Origin: Dehalococcoidia bacterium
GTDB lineage: Bacteria > Chloroflexota > Dehalococcoidia > Bin125
Assembly: GCA_963662615.2 (NCBI GenBank)
Contig: CAXXSR010000001.1
Coordinates: 1,280,001 to 1,344,000, forward strand
DNA length: 64,000 nt
Reading direction: 5' to 3'
The notes under the pieces were generated by a model. That model saw only the letters and a program-made list of their open reading frames with translations. It had not been told where the DNA came from and made no database searches. Both the position numbers and the translations under genes were made by a program. Every line of letters starts with the position of its first letter. The first letter of the stretch is position 1. Below, in pieces: positions 11,058 to 21,271 of this stretch.

Positions 11058-11503
11058 CCGAGTTCGACGCCCGCCGGATTCTGGACACCATCCCGCATCG
11101 CTACCCCTTCCTCCTCGTCGATCGCATTGTTGAGCTGGAGGAGGGCCGCCGGGCGGTGGGGATCAAAAACGTCAGCGCCAATGAATGGTTCTTCCCGGGC
11201 CACTTTCCCGGCAACCCCATCATGCCGGGGGTGCTCATCGTGGAAGCGCTGGCGCAGGTAGGCGCCGTGGCGCTGTTGAGCAGTCCGCAGTTCCGCGGAA
11301 AGCTCGGCCTCTTCGCCGGCATTGACAAGGCCCGCTTTCGCCGGCTCGTGCGCCCCGGCGACCAGTTGCGTCTCCAGGTGACGCTGGAGCGACTGCGGGG
11401 GTCGTTGGGCAAGGCGGCGGGCGTCGCCACCGTTGACGGCGAAATCGCCGCCGAAGGCCTCTTGACGTTCGCGATCGTGGACTCGCCGGCAGCGGACGGC
11501 TAG
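11054..11503 (+). CDS. fabZ: 3-hydroxyacyl-ACP dehydratase
   Basis: [32 protein letters not shown]. Confidence 0.96.
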   Translation: MTEFDARRILDTIPHRYPFLLVDRIVELEEGRRAVGIKNVSANEWFFPGHFPGNPIMPGVLIVEALAQVGAVALLSSPQFRGKLGLFAGIDKARFRRLVRPGDQLRLQVTLERLRGSLGKAAGVATVDGEIAAEGLLTFAIVDSPAADG

Positions 11504-11522
11504 CCGCCGGCGCGGCCCGCCT

Positions 11523-11906
11523 TCAGAGCCGGATCGCCGCCCACAGGACCAAGAGCACGGCCACACTGACGCTGGTAGTCAGCGCGATCCAGCGCATGTC
11601 GCCGCGGACGTAGCGAAAGTCGTGCGCCATCGCCAGCCGTCGTGAGGCGCGGCCGCTCACGGATTGTCGCGGTCCCCCACGTGATCGCTGGGGACGCTGG
11701 GCCGGCGGGCGGGCGGCGGGCAGCGTGACACTGCCACCAAAGGTGGCGCCACCGGCCGGCGCTTGCGCCGCACCGGGCGCGGCGGTCGGAGTCTCGTTTT
11801 GCGCCGACCGGCCCTTACGCTTGCGACCGCGACGGCCCGGCAAGGGGGAACCGCTCCCGCCCTTGCGAGACGCCTGAGGCCGGCCGCCGCGTTGTCCTCG
11901 TGCCAC
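11523..11906 (-). CDS. Hypothetical basic protein with a C-terminal TM helix
   Basis: GTG start after a purine-rich segment; R/G-rich N-terminus, then DFRYVRGDMRWI and a hydrophobic tail. Confidence 0.65.
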   Translation of the reverse strand: MARGQRGGRPQASRKGGSGSPLPGRRGRKRKGRSAQNETPTAAPGAAQAPAGGATFGGSVTLPAARPPAQRPQRSRGGPRQSVSGRASRRLAMAHDFRYVRGDMRWIALTTSVSVAVLLVLWAAIRL

Positions 11907-12036
11907 GGACTACTGCCCTTCATCTTAAGTATACGCACCAGCGCGGCCACCCCAGGGGCGCACGCGCCTCCGGCCGAGCTGGTTCCACACCGCCGCGATT
12001 GACCCACGATCGGGCGCTTCCTAGACTCGCTTGAGG

Positions 12037-12113
12037 GGCCCCGTGGTGTAGCGGCCAAACACGCCACCCTGTCAAGGTGGAGATCGGCGGTTCGAATCCG
12101 CTCGGGGTCGCCA
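12037..12113 (+). tRNA. tRNA-Asp (GTC)
   Basis: Acceptor GGCCCCG/CGGGGTC, anticodon arm CCACC-CTGTCAA-GGTGG, T loop GTTCGAATC, encoded CCA. Confidence 0.97.
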
Positions 12114-12262
12114 AACCCACCCATCCGCAGGGACAGCGCAGGCACGCCCATCTGCTCGCGGGGCGCTGGCGTCCAGCAAGCCCGGAGATGCGCGGGCGAC
12201 GTCGTTGCCCGCCGCCCGTCAGCCACTGATCGACGTCCGAACCGTCGACGCTCAGACGCGAA

Positions 12263-12293
12263 CTCGCCTCGCGAGGCACCCTCGCGAGGCGAG
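12263..12293. terminator. Perfect 14-bp inverted repeat between convergent tRNA-Asp and amidohydrolase
   Basis: CTCGCCTCGCGAGG-CAC-CCTCGCGAGGCGAG; no U tract. Confidence 0.5.
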
Positions 12294-12358
12294 CCGAATC
12301 AGCTCATCGCACGTCGGCTATCGCGGCGGCGGCGGCGCGAGCGGCGCCGCTGCGAAAT

Positions 12359-14104
12359 CTACCGCTCCGCGCGGCCCCCACGCAGCAGCGCTCCGGGGGT
12401 GGCGCCGGTGCACTCGCCGTCCTCAAAGGTGACCTCGCCATTCACGAGCGTCCAGCGGTACCCCTCCGCTCGCTGCACGCGCCTCCACTCGTCGCCTGGG
12501 AGATCGTGCACCACCACGGAGTCATGCTCGGGCACGCTCTTCAGATTGTCGAAGTCGTAGACCACGATGTCCGCGGCCATGCCCTCGCGGAGATAACCGC
12601 GGTCTTTGAACCCGCCCGCGTGGGCCGGCAAGGCGCTCAGGCGGTAGTGGGCCTCCTCCAGTGTGAGTTTCTGCGTGTCGCGCACCAGCCAGGTGAGGAA
12701 GTTCGTGGTGTAGGCGCCGCCGACCAGGAACTTCGTGTGGGCGCCGCCGTCGGAGATGCCCGGCATCGTGTAGGGCGAGAGCATCAGCTGGCTGACCTTC
12801 TCCGGGTCGTTGCTCGAGACGTCCTCGGTTTGGAATTCGGCCGTGAGGTCGCTTGCCACGGCGATGTCCAGGGCCACGTCCAGCGCGTCCTTGGCTTCCG
12901 TCTTCGCGATCTCTCCCACAACCCGTCCCTGATACTTGTCCAACTCCGAGTGGTTGCCCACGGACCGGACGGTCCACTTGTCAACCGTCCCACCCAGCAC
13001 CTCGGTGAGCAGCAGGTGCTCCTCAGCCTTCATCTGCGCGCGCAGCTCCGGGTCCGCGAGCTTCTCCATCTTGTCGGCATGCGTGCCCGTGGTCGCCCGC
13101 GCCCACGCGGGGCTGCTGTCGAAAAGATTCCAGTCTTCCATGGTCAAGACGGTCCACTGGCGGTGGGTGAAGCCTTGACCGAAGAGAGCCAGGCCGCGCG
13201 CGTTGGAATTCTCCAGCCAGCGCATCTGAGTGCGATGGAAGTCCGGGCTGGTGTCGAAGGCGGCGACCACGTTAAAGAGAACCGGACGGCCGCTCACCTA
13301 AGCCAGCTGCTCCACGAAACGGTAATCGGCGTTGCCTTCAACGTTGGCTGCAAAGTCACCCTCAGCGGTGCTTTGGGTGATCTGGATCAGCCCCTCGTCC
13401 CGCTCGCGCAGGACCTCCGCCAAGGCCAGCACGTCTTCGTCCGTCATCAGGTCCGTCGGCATCGGCGTTCCGTCGTAGTCCGACTGCACGGAATTCTTGC
13501 CGAACCGCTGGATGGACCAGCCGCACCCGCCGGCCTCGATGCCCTCGCTGAGCAGCCGTTGAATCTCGCGGCGCTCTTCGTCCGTCGCGCCGCGGCTCTT
13601 GGCAGCCTCCAGGCCCATCACCCAGACCATGAGCGGGGAGAGCGGGACGTAGCTGAGGCAGTTCACCCCCTTGGGCATGCGTCCCAGCGAATCCATCCAC
13701 TCGGGGAATGTAACCCAGTCCCACAGCATCGCAGCCTGCATGGACCCCAGCGGGATGGCCTCGTTGCGCGACATCATCAGCATGGCGCGATCGCGCTCGT
13801 CCGCCCGCACCGGAGCGAAGCCGAAACCACAGTTCCCCAGCGCCACCGAGGTCACCCCGTGCCAGCCGGAGATCGTGCACCACGGGTCCCACTGAATCTG
13901 CGCATCGTAGTGGGTATGCAGATCGACGAACCCCGGCGCCACGATCAGCCCGCTCGCATCAATGACAGTCCCGGCGTCGCCGCTCCTGATCCCTCCGATC
14001 TGGGCGATGCGCCCGTCCTTAATGCCCACGTCGGCGCGGAAGCGCGGCACGCGCAGACCATCGACAACCGTGCCGCCCTTGATCAGCGTGTCGAACTCCG
14101 CCAT
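12359..14104 (-). pseudogene. N-acyl-D-amino-acid deacylase-like amidohydrolase interrupted by an in-frame TAG (13298-13300)
   Basis: PGFVDLHTHYD and GNCGFG in the 5' part, SDGGAH, ADIVVYD and LVNG in the 3' part; both ORFs are in one frame and read EQLA*VSGRPV. Confidence 0.8.
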
Positions 14105-14265
14105 CTCCTGTCCCTCCTCGTTGCACGGTCCAACGTACGTATCGGCCGGCGCGAACGCGCCGCAGGTGTCGGGTTGGCCATGCCAGCGCGATTCGCACCG
14201 GGCTCTGTGCTCGTCACCGCCCTCACGAACCGCCGCAGGACCACCCTTGGCGGCATGCTGACGAT

Positions 14266-14303
14266 CGCCTCACGGGCTGTCAAGCGCCTCACGGGCTGTT
14301 AAG
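14266..14303. repeat. 19-bp direct repeat x2 in the amidohydrolase upstream region
   Basis: CGCCTCACGGGCTGTCAAG / CGCCTCACGGGCTGTTAAG; one copy contains TTGACA on the minus strand. Confidence 0.8.
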
Positions 14304-14345
14304 GCCAGCGTTTGCCAGTGCGATGCGATGCGGAGCCGATCGCGT

Positions 14346-14361
14346 TGTGATGATATTCACT
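14346..14361. promoter_or_regulatory. CRP/FNR-family-like binding site
   Basis: TGTGA-TGATAT-TCACT, one mismatch to TGTGA-N6-TCACA, in an intergenic region. Confidence 0.45.
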
Positions 14362-14654
14362 GACTGCCGGACTACGTCGTCCAGACGTCCGGCGGCCTTG
14401 TTCCCACCTCCCGGCGCGACCGCGACGCCGCCCGCATCCCGCTCTGCGGGCTGTAGTGCCGTCGACGCGAAATCCGGCGCCGTGCGACAGCACCACGGTC
14501 CTGCCATCAGAGGATCCGCATCCGCCCCAGGGCGCTAAAACGAAGCGGCGGACTTCTCGTCCACCGACGGCGCGACGCCAAATGGAAGCAGCGTCGCAGT
14601 CTCGTCCGGCCGGCGGCGGCCGCGCCGATCGGCCCACCGATACCGACGCCACCG

Positions 14655-16076
14655 TCAGTGCAAGTGCCACCTGCGCGGCGCGATCAACGCATCGGCCTCC
14701 TTGGGACCCCAACTCCCCGCCGGGTACAAGCAAAGTTCTGGCGGATCGTCAAGGATCCCCTGGATGACGCGCCATTGCGCGTCAATGCCGTCGGAGCGGG
14801 CGAAAAACGTTTGGTCGCCCTGCATGGCGTCCAGAAGCAGCCGTGTGTAGGCATCCCGCGACTCGCGCTCAAACGTCTCGGCAGTGCGGAAGTGCAAATC
14901 CACCGGGGTCACCCGCAGCGCCGAACCGGGCATCGTGGACTGAATACTCAGCGTGACCCCTTCGTCCGGCTGGATCCGGAACGTCAAGTGGTTCGGCGCC
15001 ACATCCCCGATCGCGGCTTCCTGGAAGAGGCGGATCGGCACATCGCGAAAAGCAACCACCGCCTCCGTCACGCGGCGCTGCAACGCCTTGCCGGTCCGCA
15101 GATAGAACGGCACGCCGGCCCAACGCCAATTGTCCACGAACAGTTCGAAGGCCATGAATGTCTCGCGGGACGAGGAGGGATCGACGTTGTCCTCATCGTG
15201 GTAGGCCGGCACACGGGCGCCGGCCGCCTCGCCCGCGGTGTACTGCCCGCGGATTGTGCGCGCCGGATCGAGCGGCCGTACTGCGCGGAAAAGCTTGGCC
15301 TTCTCATCACGCAAGGCGCGCGCATCAAACGCAGCCGGCGGCTCAATGGTCAAGAATGCCAGCACCTCCAGGAGGTGGTTCTGGGCCATGTCACGGCCGG
15401 CCCCGACCGTTTCGTAGTAGTCGCCCCGCCCATCGATCCCCCCCGACTCGGCCACGGTGATCTGCACGTGATCAATGACGCTGCGGTCCCAGACTCGCTC
15501 GAACAGGCTGTTCCCGAAGCGCAGCACCAGCAAGTTCTGGACCGCCTCCTTCGCCAGGTAATGATCGATCCGGAAGATCTGGGACTCATCAAAGACGTCA
15601 TGGAGGACGCGATTGAGATTTTTGGCGGAAGCGCGATCCCAGCCAAACGGCTTCTCCAGCAACAGTCGGGTGCCGTCGACCAGATCGTTCTCGGCGATGT
15701 CCTGAACGATCGGCGCGTGGACGGTTGGCGGCACAGCCAGGTAGACGATCCGCTTGCTCTCCTCGCTGCGATGCTTCAGTTCCGGGACACCCCCTTCGCG
15801 GGCGCACACGAACGCGAGCCGTTGTTCGAACTCGAGCCAGGCGCCGTTGCGATCGTCGATCGTGTCCGCCCCCACCGCCTCACGCGCGAGCGTGCGGAAA
15901 TCCTGATCGGACAGGCGCGCGCGGGCATAGCCGACAATGCGGCCGGCGGAGGGAAGCTCCCCCTCGCGGTGCAGTTCATACAGCGCCGGCAGCAGCTTGC
16001 GGCGGCTCAGGTCGCCGGTGGCTCCAATGATGATGATGTCCTGCGCTGTCGGCCGTGGCAGAGCCATGCTGGTCAT
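14655..16076 (-). CDS. zwf: Glucose-6-phosphate 1-dehydrogenase
   Basis: [49 protein letters not shown]. Confidence 0.95.
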   Translation of the reverse strand: MTSMALPRPTAQDIIIIGATGDLSRRKLLPALYELHREGELPSAGRIVGYARARLSDQDFRTLAREAVGADTIDDRNGAWLEFEQRLAFVCAREGGVPELKHRSEESKRIVYLAVPPTVHAPIVQDIAENDLVDGTRLLLEKPFGWDRASAKNLNRVLHDVFDESQIFRIDHYLAKEAVQNLLVLRFGNSLFERVWDRSVIDHVQITVAESGGIDGRGDYYETVGAGRDMAQNHLLEVLAFLTIEPPAAFDARALRDEKAKLFRAVRPLDPARTIRGQYTAGEAAGARVPAYHDEDNVDPSSSRETFMAFELFVDNWRWAGVPFYLRTGKALQRRVTEAVVAFRDVPIRLFQEAAIGDVAPNHLTFRIQPDEGVTLSIQSTMPGSALRVTPVDLHFRTAETFERESRDAYTRLLLDAMQGDQTFFARSDGIDAQWRVIQGILDDPPELCLYPAGSWGPKEADALIAPRRWHLH

Positions 16077-16196
16077 CCCTTCCGCGCTTGAGCCAAAGGC
16101 CCAAGGGTAGGGTACGGCCGCCGCACTGCCTCCGTCCGCCTACGCGACTCAACCGCCATTACTCAACGCCCCATCCGCGTCGGCACGACTTAATTA

Positions 16197-17651
16197 TCAA
16201 CGCCGCTCCCCCTTCCACCACCCGAGGCCGAACGCGACCACAGCCGCGACGGCCAGTGTCGCGGGGGAGGACTTCAGCGTCGTTGCGGGGACACGGTCCA
16301 TTTTGCTCACGACCGAGCCTTCGCCGGGATCCAGCGGCGCGGGCCCAGCCCCCGGCCGACGCCAGTTGCGTACCACGACTCCCACGGCTGCCATCGCCAT
16401 GACCGCGAGCGCAACCCGGGCACCCAGCAGGATCCATTCGACGCCCCCGCCGGCGCCGGCGTCCGACGGTGCGCCCGCGATGGCGGCCGGCGCCTGCCCG
16501 GCTTCAGTCACGTGAACCGTGTGCGCACCGATCAACCGCCACGAACCGTCGCGCGAGGCCTGCGCGTAGACGGACAGATCATTCCGACCGGCGGCCAGTC
16601 CTTCCACGTGCAGAGCGAAGCCGGAGGCGGCAAATCCGCCGCCGAACTGCTCCGCAGCGTCCGCTCGGATCAGCCCGTATTCGCTTGATCCGAGATACGT
16701 TCCCGTCTCCATGTCGCCGGCGTAAAGCGCTACCGCATCGATCCCCGGGCCCACGGCCGCCTGCGCATCGATCGCCCAGCCCGTGACTGGAACCGGCCCC
16801 GACACCTGATCCGGCGGCGGCGGATCGATGTGCCCGCGCACATCCACCGCCGGCAGATCCGCGTCAATGACCACTGTATAGGTCGCCACGAGGGCCCAGC
16901 GATCATCCACGGTCGTGTGCGCGTAGATCGAAAGTTCCTGCCGCCCGCCAGCGAGGTCGGCAAGATTCACCGCATACCCGGCAGGGGCGAAGCGTACTCC
17001 GAAGCGTTGCTCCACGTCGCTCCGCTCCGAGCCGTATTCGGCATCCGCCAGCCAGCGACCCAATTCAATCTCGCCGGCGTAGATGGCCACGGAATCCACG
17101 CCTGTGTCGGTTCTCGCGCTTGCATCCAACGCCCAGCCCGTGACCGGAACGGGAAGCCCTAGTGTGTCCGCCGGTGGCGGGTCCACATGCCCAACGAGAT
17201 TGGGAGAGTCAATGTCAACGCGGAAGCTTGCCAGTCTGCTCCACGCGCGTTCACCCGCCACTCGGAGATACACCGACAGTTCATGCGCACCGGGCGGGAG
17301 GGCGGTGACCGAAATGGCGAAACCCGACTCCGCAAAAGAGGCGCCCAGCGCCGTCGCAATGTCTCGGCGATCGAGCCCGTACGTCCCCTCCGTCACAAAG
17401 CGCCCGGGATATTGGGGGGCTTCGATCAGCACGACTGAATCGATCCCGGGCCCCTCGGACGCCGAGGGGTCCACCGCCCAGCCGGACACGGTGAAGGGCA
17501 GCCGGACGGTTCCGGCCGGGATCGCATCCAAACCGCCTCGCACCGGCACCGCCTCGGCCCGCACCGAGGGGCTCAGAGATACCACGAGAACGACGGCGCC
17601 GAAGAGGACGCCGGCGACGAGCCGGACGCGCGCATGGACGAATCGCTTCAT
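16197..17651 (-). CDS. Secreted, C-terminally membrane-anchored protein with three ~115-aa beta-rich repeats
   Basis: Signal peptide from ATG 17651; three repeats of V[ST]GWAxD..G[IV]DxV..YG..R.D; hydrophobic C-terminal segments and a WWKGERR tail. Confidence 0.8.
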   Translation of the reverse strand: MKRFVHARVRLVAGVLFGAVVLVVSLSPSVRAEAVPVRGGLDAIPAGTVRLPFTVSGWAVDPSASEGPGIDSVVLIEAPQYPGRFVTEGTYGLDRRDIATALGASFAESGFAISVTALPPGAHELSVYLRVAGERAWSRLASFRVDIDSPNLVGHVDPPPADTLGLPVPVTGWALDASARTDTGVDSVAIYAGEIELGRWLADAEYGSERSDVEQRFGVRFAPAGYAVNLADLAGGRQELSIYAHTTVDDRWALVATYTVVIDADLPAVDVRGHIDPPPPDQVSGPVPVTGWAIDAQAAVGPGIDAVALYAGDMETGTYLGSSEYGLIRADAAEQFGGGFAASGFALHVEGLAAGRNDLSVYAQASRDGSWRLIGAHTVHVTEAGQAPAAIAGAPSDAGAGGGVEWILLGARVALAVMAMAAVGVVVRNWRRPGAGPAPLDPGEGSVVSKMDRVPATTLKSSPATLAVAAVVAFGLGWWKGERR

Positions 17652-17700
17652 CGGGGTGGGCGCGGCGGTCGCGCTCCGCCGGCTCCAACGGCTCTCTGAG

Positions 17701-18711
17701 TCAGAGCGGGGGAACCGGTGCGCAGCGACGGGCACGTGGCTCGACGGGAGTCGGGGACTGGATCCAGTCCCACGCGCTTGCCACGGCGTCCAGGAAGCTG
17801 AGCTTCGGGCGCCAACGCAGGGCGGTCGCCGCCTTCGCAACGTCAGCGACGAGGATCGGCGGGTCTCCGGGCCTCGGCGGACAGTCCTCCACCTCCAGGT
17901 CCAGGCCGGTCACCTTCTGCACCGCGACGATCACCTCCCGTACGCTGGTGGGCGTGCCGCTGCCCAAATTCACTGCCGTGCTGGCGCCTCCTTCGCGGAG
18001 ATAGCGCAGTGCGGCCTGGTGACCGTGCACCAAGTCAACGACATGCACATAGTCGCGAATGCAGGTGCCGTCCGGGGTTGGGAAATCTGTTCCAAACACC
18101 CGGGCCCGCTCGCCGCGCGCGGCCGCTTGGAGCAGGCACGGGATCAGATGCGACTCGGGCTCGTGCGCTTCGCCGGTGCCGTACCCGGCGCCGGCGACAT
18201 TGAAGTATCGCAGGCTGACGAAGCGGAGTTCGCTTCCGTCGGCCCACCGCTCCAGCAGCTGTTCCACCATGAGCTTGCTCAGTCCGTACGGACTGAGCGG
18301 GCGCAGGGGTGCATCTTCGCGAAGGGGAAGCTCCACGGGAGTCCCGTAGACCGCTGCCGTGGAGGAAAACACAAACTCGCGAACGCCGGCCTGACGCGCC
18401 GCCAGGATCAGGTTGGCGCTCCGCGCCGTATTGGCCTCGAAGTATCTCTCGGGACACTGGACCGACTCGCTCACCACGGCATAGCCGGCGAAATGGAAGA
18501 TCGACTCGATCGCGTACCGCCGTAACAGAGCGAACAGCCGCTCGCTGCTTCCCAAATCGTCACGAATGACCGGCACCCCGGACGGAATCGCCGCCGCGCG
18601 CCCTCGCTCGAGCGAATCCAGGACGACCACCTCTGCTTCGGGGTCCTCGTGGAGGAAGCGCGTCATATGGGAGCCAATGTAGCCCCCACCTCCCGTCACC
18701 AGAATTGCCAC
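17701..18711 (-). CDS. galE: UDP-glucose 4-epimerase
   Basis: TGGGGYIGSH, FSSTAAVYG, YGLSK, LRYFNVAG, DGTCIRDYVHV. Confidence 0.95.
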   Translation of the reverse strand: MAILVTGGGGYIGSHMTRFLHEDPEAEVVVLDSLERGRAAAIPSGVPVIRDDLGSSERLFALLRRYAIESIFHFAGYAVVSESVQCPERYFEANTARSANLILAARQAGVREFVFSSTAAVYGTPVELPLREDAPLRPLSPYGLSKLMVEQLLERWADGSELRFVSLRYFNVAGAGYGTGEAHEPESHLIPCLLQAAARGERARVFGTDFPTPDGTCIRDYVHVVDLVHGHQAALRYLREGGASTAVNLGSGTPTSVREVIVAVQKVTGLDLEVEDCPPRPGDPPILVADVAKAATALRWRPKLSFLDAVASAWDWIQSPTPVEPRARRCAPVPPL

Positions 18712-18727
18712 CGCAGCCTCGTTCCCG

Positions 18728-19972
18728 CTACGCGGCCAGTTTCCGCTCCGCCTCGCTCAACCGATCGATGCGCGGAGCGGGCCGAGCCATCGATCGAAAC
18801 AGGTGCGACGCCACCAACGACGTCATGAAACCGAGCCACACCGTCCCCGCCCCCGCAATCATCAAGCTGTGGGACAAGGATGCGAGGGATACGGTTGGCC
18901 CTACCGCGCCCCCCTCGCCATTCACTACCAGCAAGGCAAGGCGGATGCCCACCCCGCTCAACCCGGCCAACGCGCCCACCAAGACGAGCCGGTTCGGCGA
19001 GAGCCAGCGCAGAAGCGTCCTCATGACCCGATCGGGGCGGCCCAGCCCGTCGCGGGCCGCCAGCTGCGCCGCCAACGCGCCAATGCCCAAGGCGTACAGC
19101 CCCAAGACCAGACAGACGGACGAAAGGAACACCGGCAGCGACGCCGAGCTACCGGCCACGACGCCCCCGCCGCTCACGAACGCCAGGACAGTCAAGGCGA
19201 TGCTCGCCATCAGTAATGTGAGCCCGGGGATGGTGAACAGCATCGTGGGGCTGGCCGCGAGAATCAATGACAGATGCCGCCAGCCATCACGAAACGTCGC
19301 CAGCTTCGCTTCTCCGCGCCGGACCCGGAGCGTCGCCGGCTGCTCCCGGATCACCAACTGCGATCGATAGGCCCGCAAGATCATCTCCGACGCCAGCTCC
19401 ATCCCGCTGGTCTGCAGATTGAGCCGCTCAAGGGCGGACCGCCGCAGCGCCCGCAGCCCGCACTGGCTATCGCCCAGCTTCGATCCGCAGGTCACGCGCA
19501 GCAGCGCCGACAACGCCGGCGTGCCAATGTAGCGGTGGCTCCAATCCATGGCCTCGGGGTCAATCCCGCCTCGGAATCGATTGCCCACGCACATGTCGGC
19601 GCCGGCGTCAAGGTCCAAGAGCATAGGCAGCGCGTCCTGGAACTGGTAGGTGGCGTCCCCGTCACCCATCACCACATAGCCGCCTTTGGCGGCCGCGAAT
19701 CCGGCGCGCAACGCCGCCCCGTATCCGCGCTCCTCCTCTCGGATCACCCGAGCGCCCAGCTCCTCAGCGATCTCAACCGAGCGATCGGTGGATCCGTTGT
19801 CCACCACGATCACCTCCCCGCCCGCGTCGAGCGAGGCGACGAGTTCCAGCGCCGATCCGATCGCGTCCGCCAGCGTCGGCTCTTCATTCAGGCACGGAAT
19901 AACCACCGAGACGGATTCTGCGAGCCTCGTTGATTTCGGCTGAGCTGAAGACTGCACGCGCAGAATCGCCAT
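18728..19972 (-). CDS. GT2 glycosyltransferase (polyprenyl-phosphate glycosyltransferase-like) with C-terminal TM helices
   Basis: VVIPCLNEE, VDNGSTD, MGDGD, DSQCGLR, FRDGWRHL, then about 4 TM segments. Confidence 0.9.
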   Translation of the reverse strand: MAILRVQSSAQPKSTRLAESVSVVIPCLNEEPTLADAIGSALELVASLDAGGEVIVVDNGSTDRSVEIAEELGARVIREEERGYGAALRAGFAAAKGGYVVMGDGDATYQFQDALPMLLDLDAGADMCVGNRFRGGIDPEAMDWSHRYIGTPALSALLRVTCGSKLGDSQCGLRALRRSALERLNLQTSGMELASEMILRAYRSQLVIREQPATLRVRRGEAKLATFRDGWRHLSLILAASPTMLFTIPGLTLLMASIALTVLAFVSGGGVVAGSSASLPVFLSSVCLVLGLYALGIGALAAQLAARDGLGRPDRVMRTLLRWLSPNRLVLVGALAGLSGVGIRLALLVVNGEGGAVGPTVSLASLSHSLMIAGAGTVWLGFMTSLVASHLFRSMARPAPRIDRLSEAERKLAA

Positions 19973-20137
19973 GGGGCACCTATCCTCCCACGCAATTTTA
20001 GGTGTCTCCCGTACCGCCCGAAATCAGCAATTCCCCTACCCCGAAACGGCGATGTGCTTGAGGATGCCCGCTGAGAAGATCCGGCCATGCAACACGGCGT
20101 CCCCGCGGCGGCGTGGTAGCTGGGCTGGGAATAGCAA

Positions 20138-21271
20138 ATGCGCGTCCTTGCCTTTAGCGATGTCGCGCTGCCCGAGGGCGACGGCGGCGTCGAGCGGACG
20201 TTGGCTGAGATCTATCCGCGCATCGTCGCGCCTGGGGCCACCCGGGTGCGACTGCTCACCATGGCGGCGCCGCAGGCGCCGCCGCGCGAAGTGCGTGACG
20301 GCGTCGAGATCGTACGGGCGCGCCGGCTTGACCTCGGGAGCGTGACGGGAGCGCAGACGGCGCTGTCGTGGCAGATGTGGCAGCGCGCTTCCCAATCGGC
20401 GCGGGAGTTCCGCCCGGACCTGCTCCACGCCCACACGCTCTTCTTCCACTCTTCCTTGGTTGCCGCCGCCGTGGCGCGACGGCTGCGGCTGCCCCTGCTC
20501 CTCACCCTCCACATCGGCTCCACCGCGGCCCTGCCCCAGCCGCACCGATTCGCCACGCAATGCTACGAACGCACCCTCGGTCGTGTGCTCCTCCGTGTGG
20601 CCCAACGGATCATCTGCGTGAGCGACGACGTGCGCCGTCACGCCCTCTCCCTCGGCGCCCCGCCCTCCAAGCTCACCGTGATCCCCAACGGGGTGGACCT
20701 CGCCGACTACCAGCCTGCTCCCCGTCCCCCCCGCGCCGTGCCCGTGGCGCTGTGCGTGGGGCGATTGATCTTCAACAAGGGGCAGCGCTTTCTCCTCGAC
20801 GCCACCGCGCGCCTGCGCGACGAAGGCGCTCCGCTGCGCGTCCGCTTCGCCGGCGACGGGCCCGCGGCCACCGCGCTGCGCGCCCGCACCCGGGCGCTGG
20901 GACTCACCGATCGAGTCGAATTCCTCGGCCACCAGGACAACGTCGCTGCCCTCCTCGCCGACGCCGACATCTTCGTCCGGCCCTCTCTCACCGACGGCAT
21001 GTCGCTCGCCGTCCTGGAAGCGCTCGCCTCGGGCCTGCCCGTTGTGGCGACCGACGTCAGCGGCACGCGCGAACTGATCGGGGACGGCGCTGCAGGGATC
21101 GTCGTCCCACCCGCGTCCACGGCTGAGCTGGCGCAAGCGCTGCAAGTGCTGGCCCAAGACCCCCAGCGGCGCCTGCGGATGGGCGCGCGTGCGCGCGAAC
21201 GCGCTCTCGCCTTCGACTGGGCCTCCGTCGCCGCACGGACCCACCGAGAGATGACCGATGTCTGTGCCTGA
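20138..21271 (+). CDS. GT4 family glycosyltransferase
   Basis: GGVER, IPNGVD, GRLIFNKG, VLEALASGLPVVATDVSG. Confidence 0.92.
   Translation: MRVLAFSDVALPEGDGGVERTLAEIYPRIVAPGATRVRLLTMAAPQAPPREVRDGVEIVRARRLDLGSVTGAQTALSWQMWQRASQSAREFRPDLLHAHTLFFHSSLVAAAVARRLRLPLLLTLHIGSTAALPQPHRFATQCYERTLGRVLLRVAQRIICVSDDVRRHALSLGAPPSKLTVIPNGVDLADYQPAPRPPRAVPVALCVGRLIFNKGQRFLLDATARLRDEGAPLRVRFAGDGPAATALRARTRALGLTDRVEFLGHQDNVAALLADADIFVRPSLTDGMSLAVLEALASGLPVVATDVSGTRELIGDGAAGIVVPPASTAELAQALQVLAQDPQRRLRMGARARERALAFDWASVAARTHREMTDVCA

Noticed and set aside
13298-13300. Pyrrolysine codon
   Set aside because: No pyl genes in the window and the position is not in a recognisable catalytic motif; a point mutation or error is simpler.
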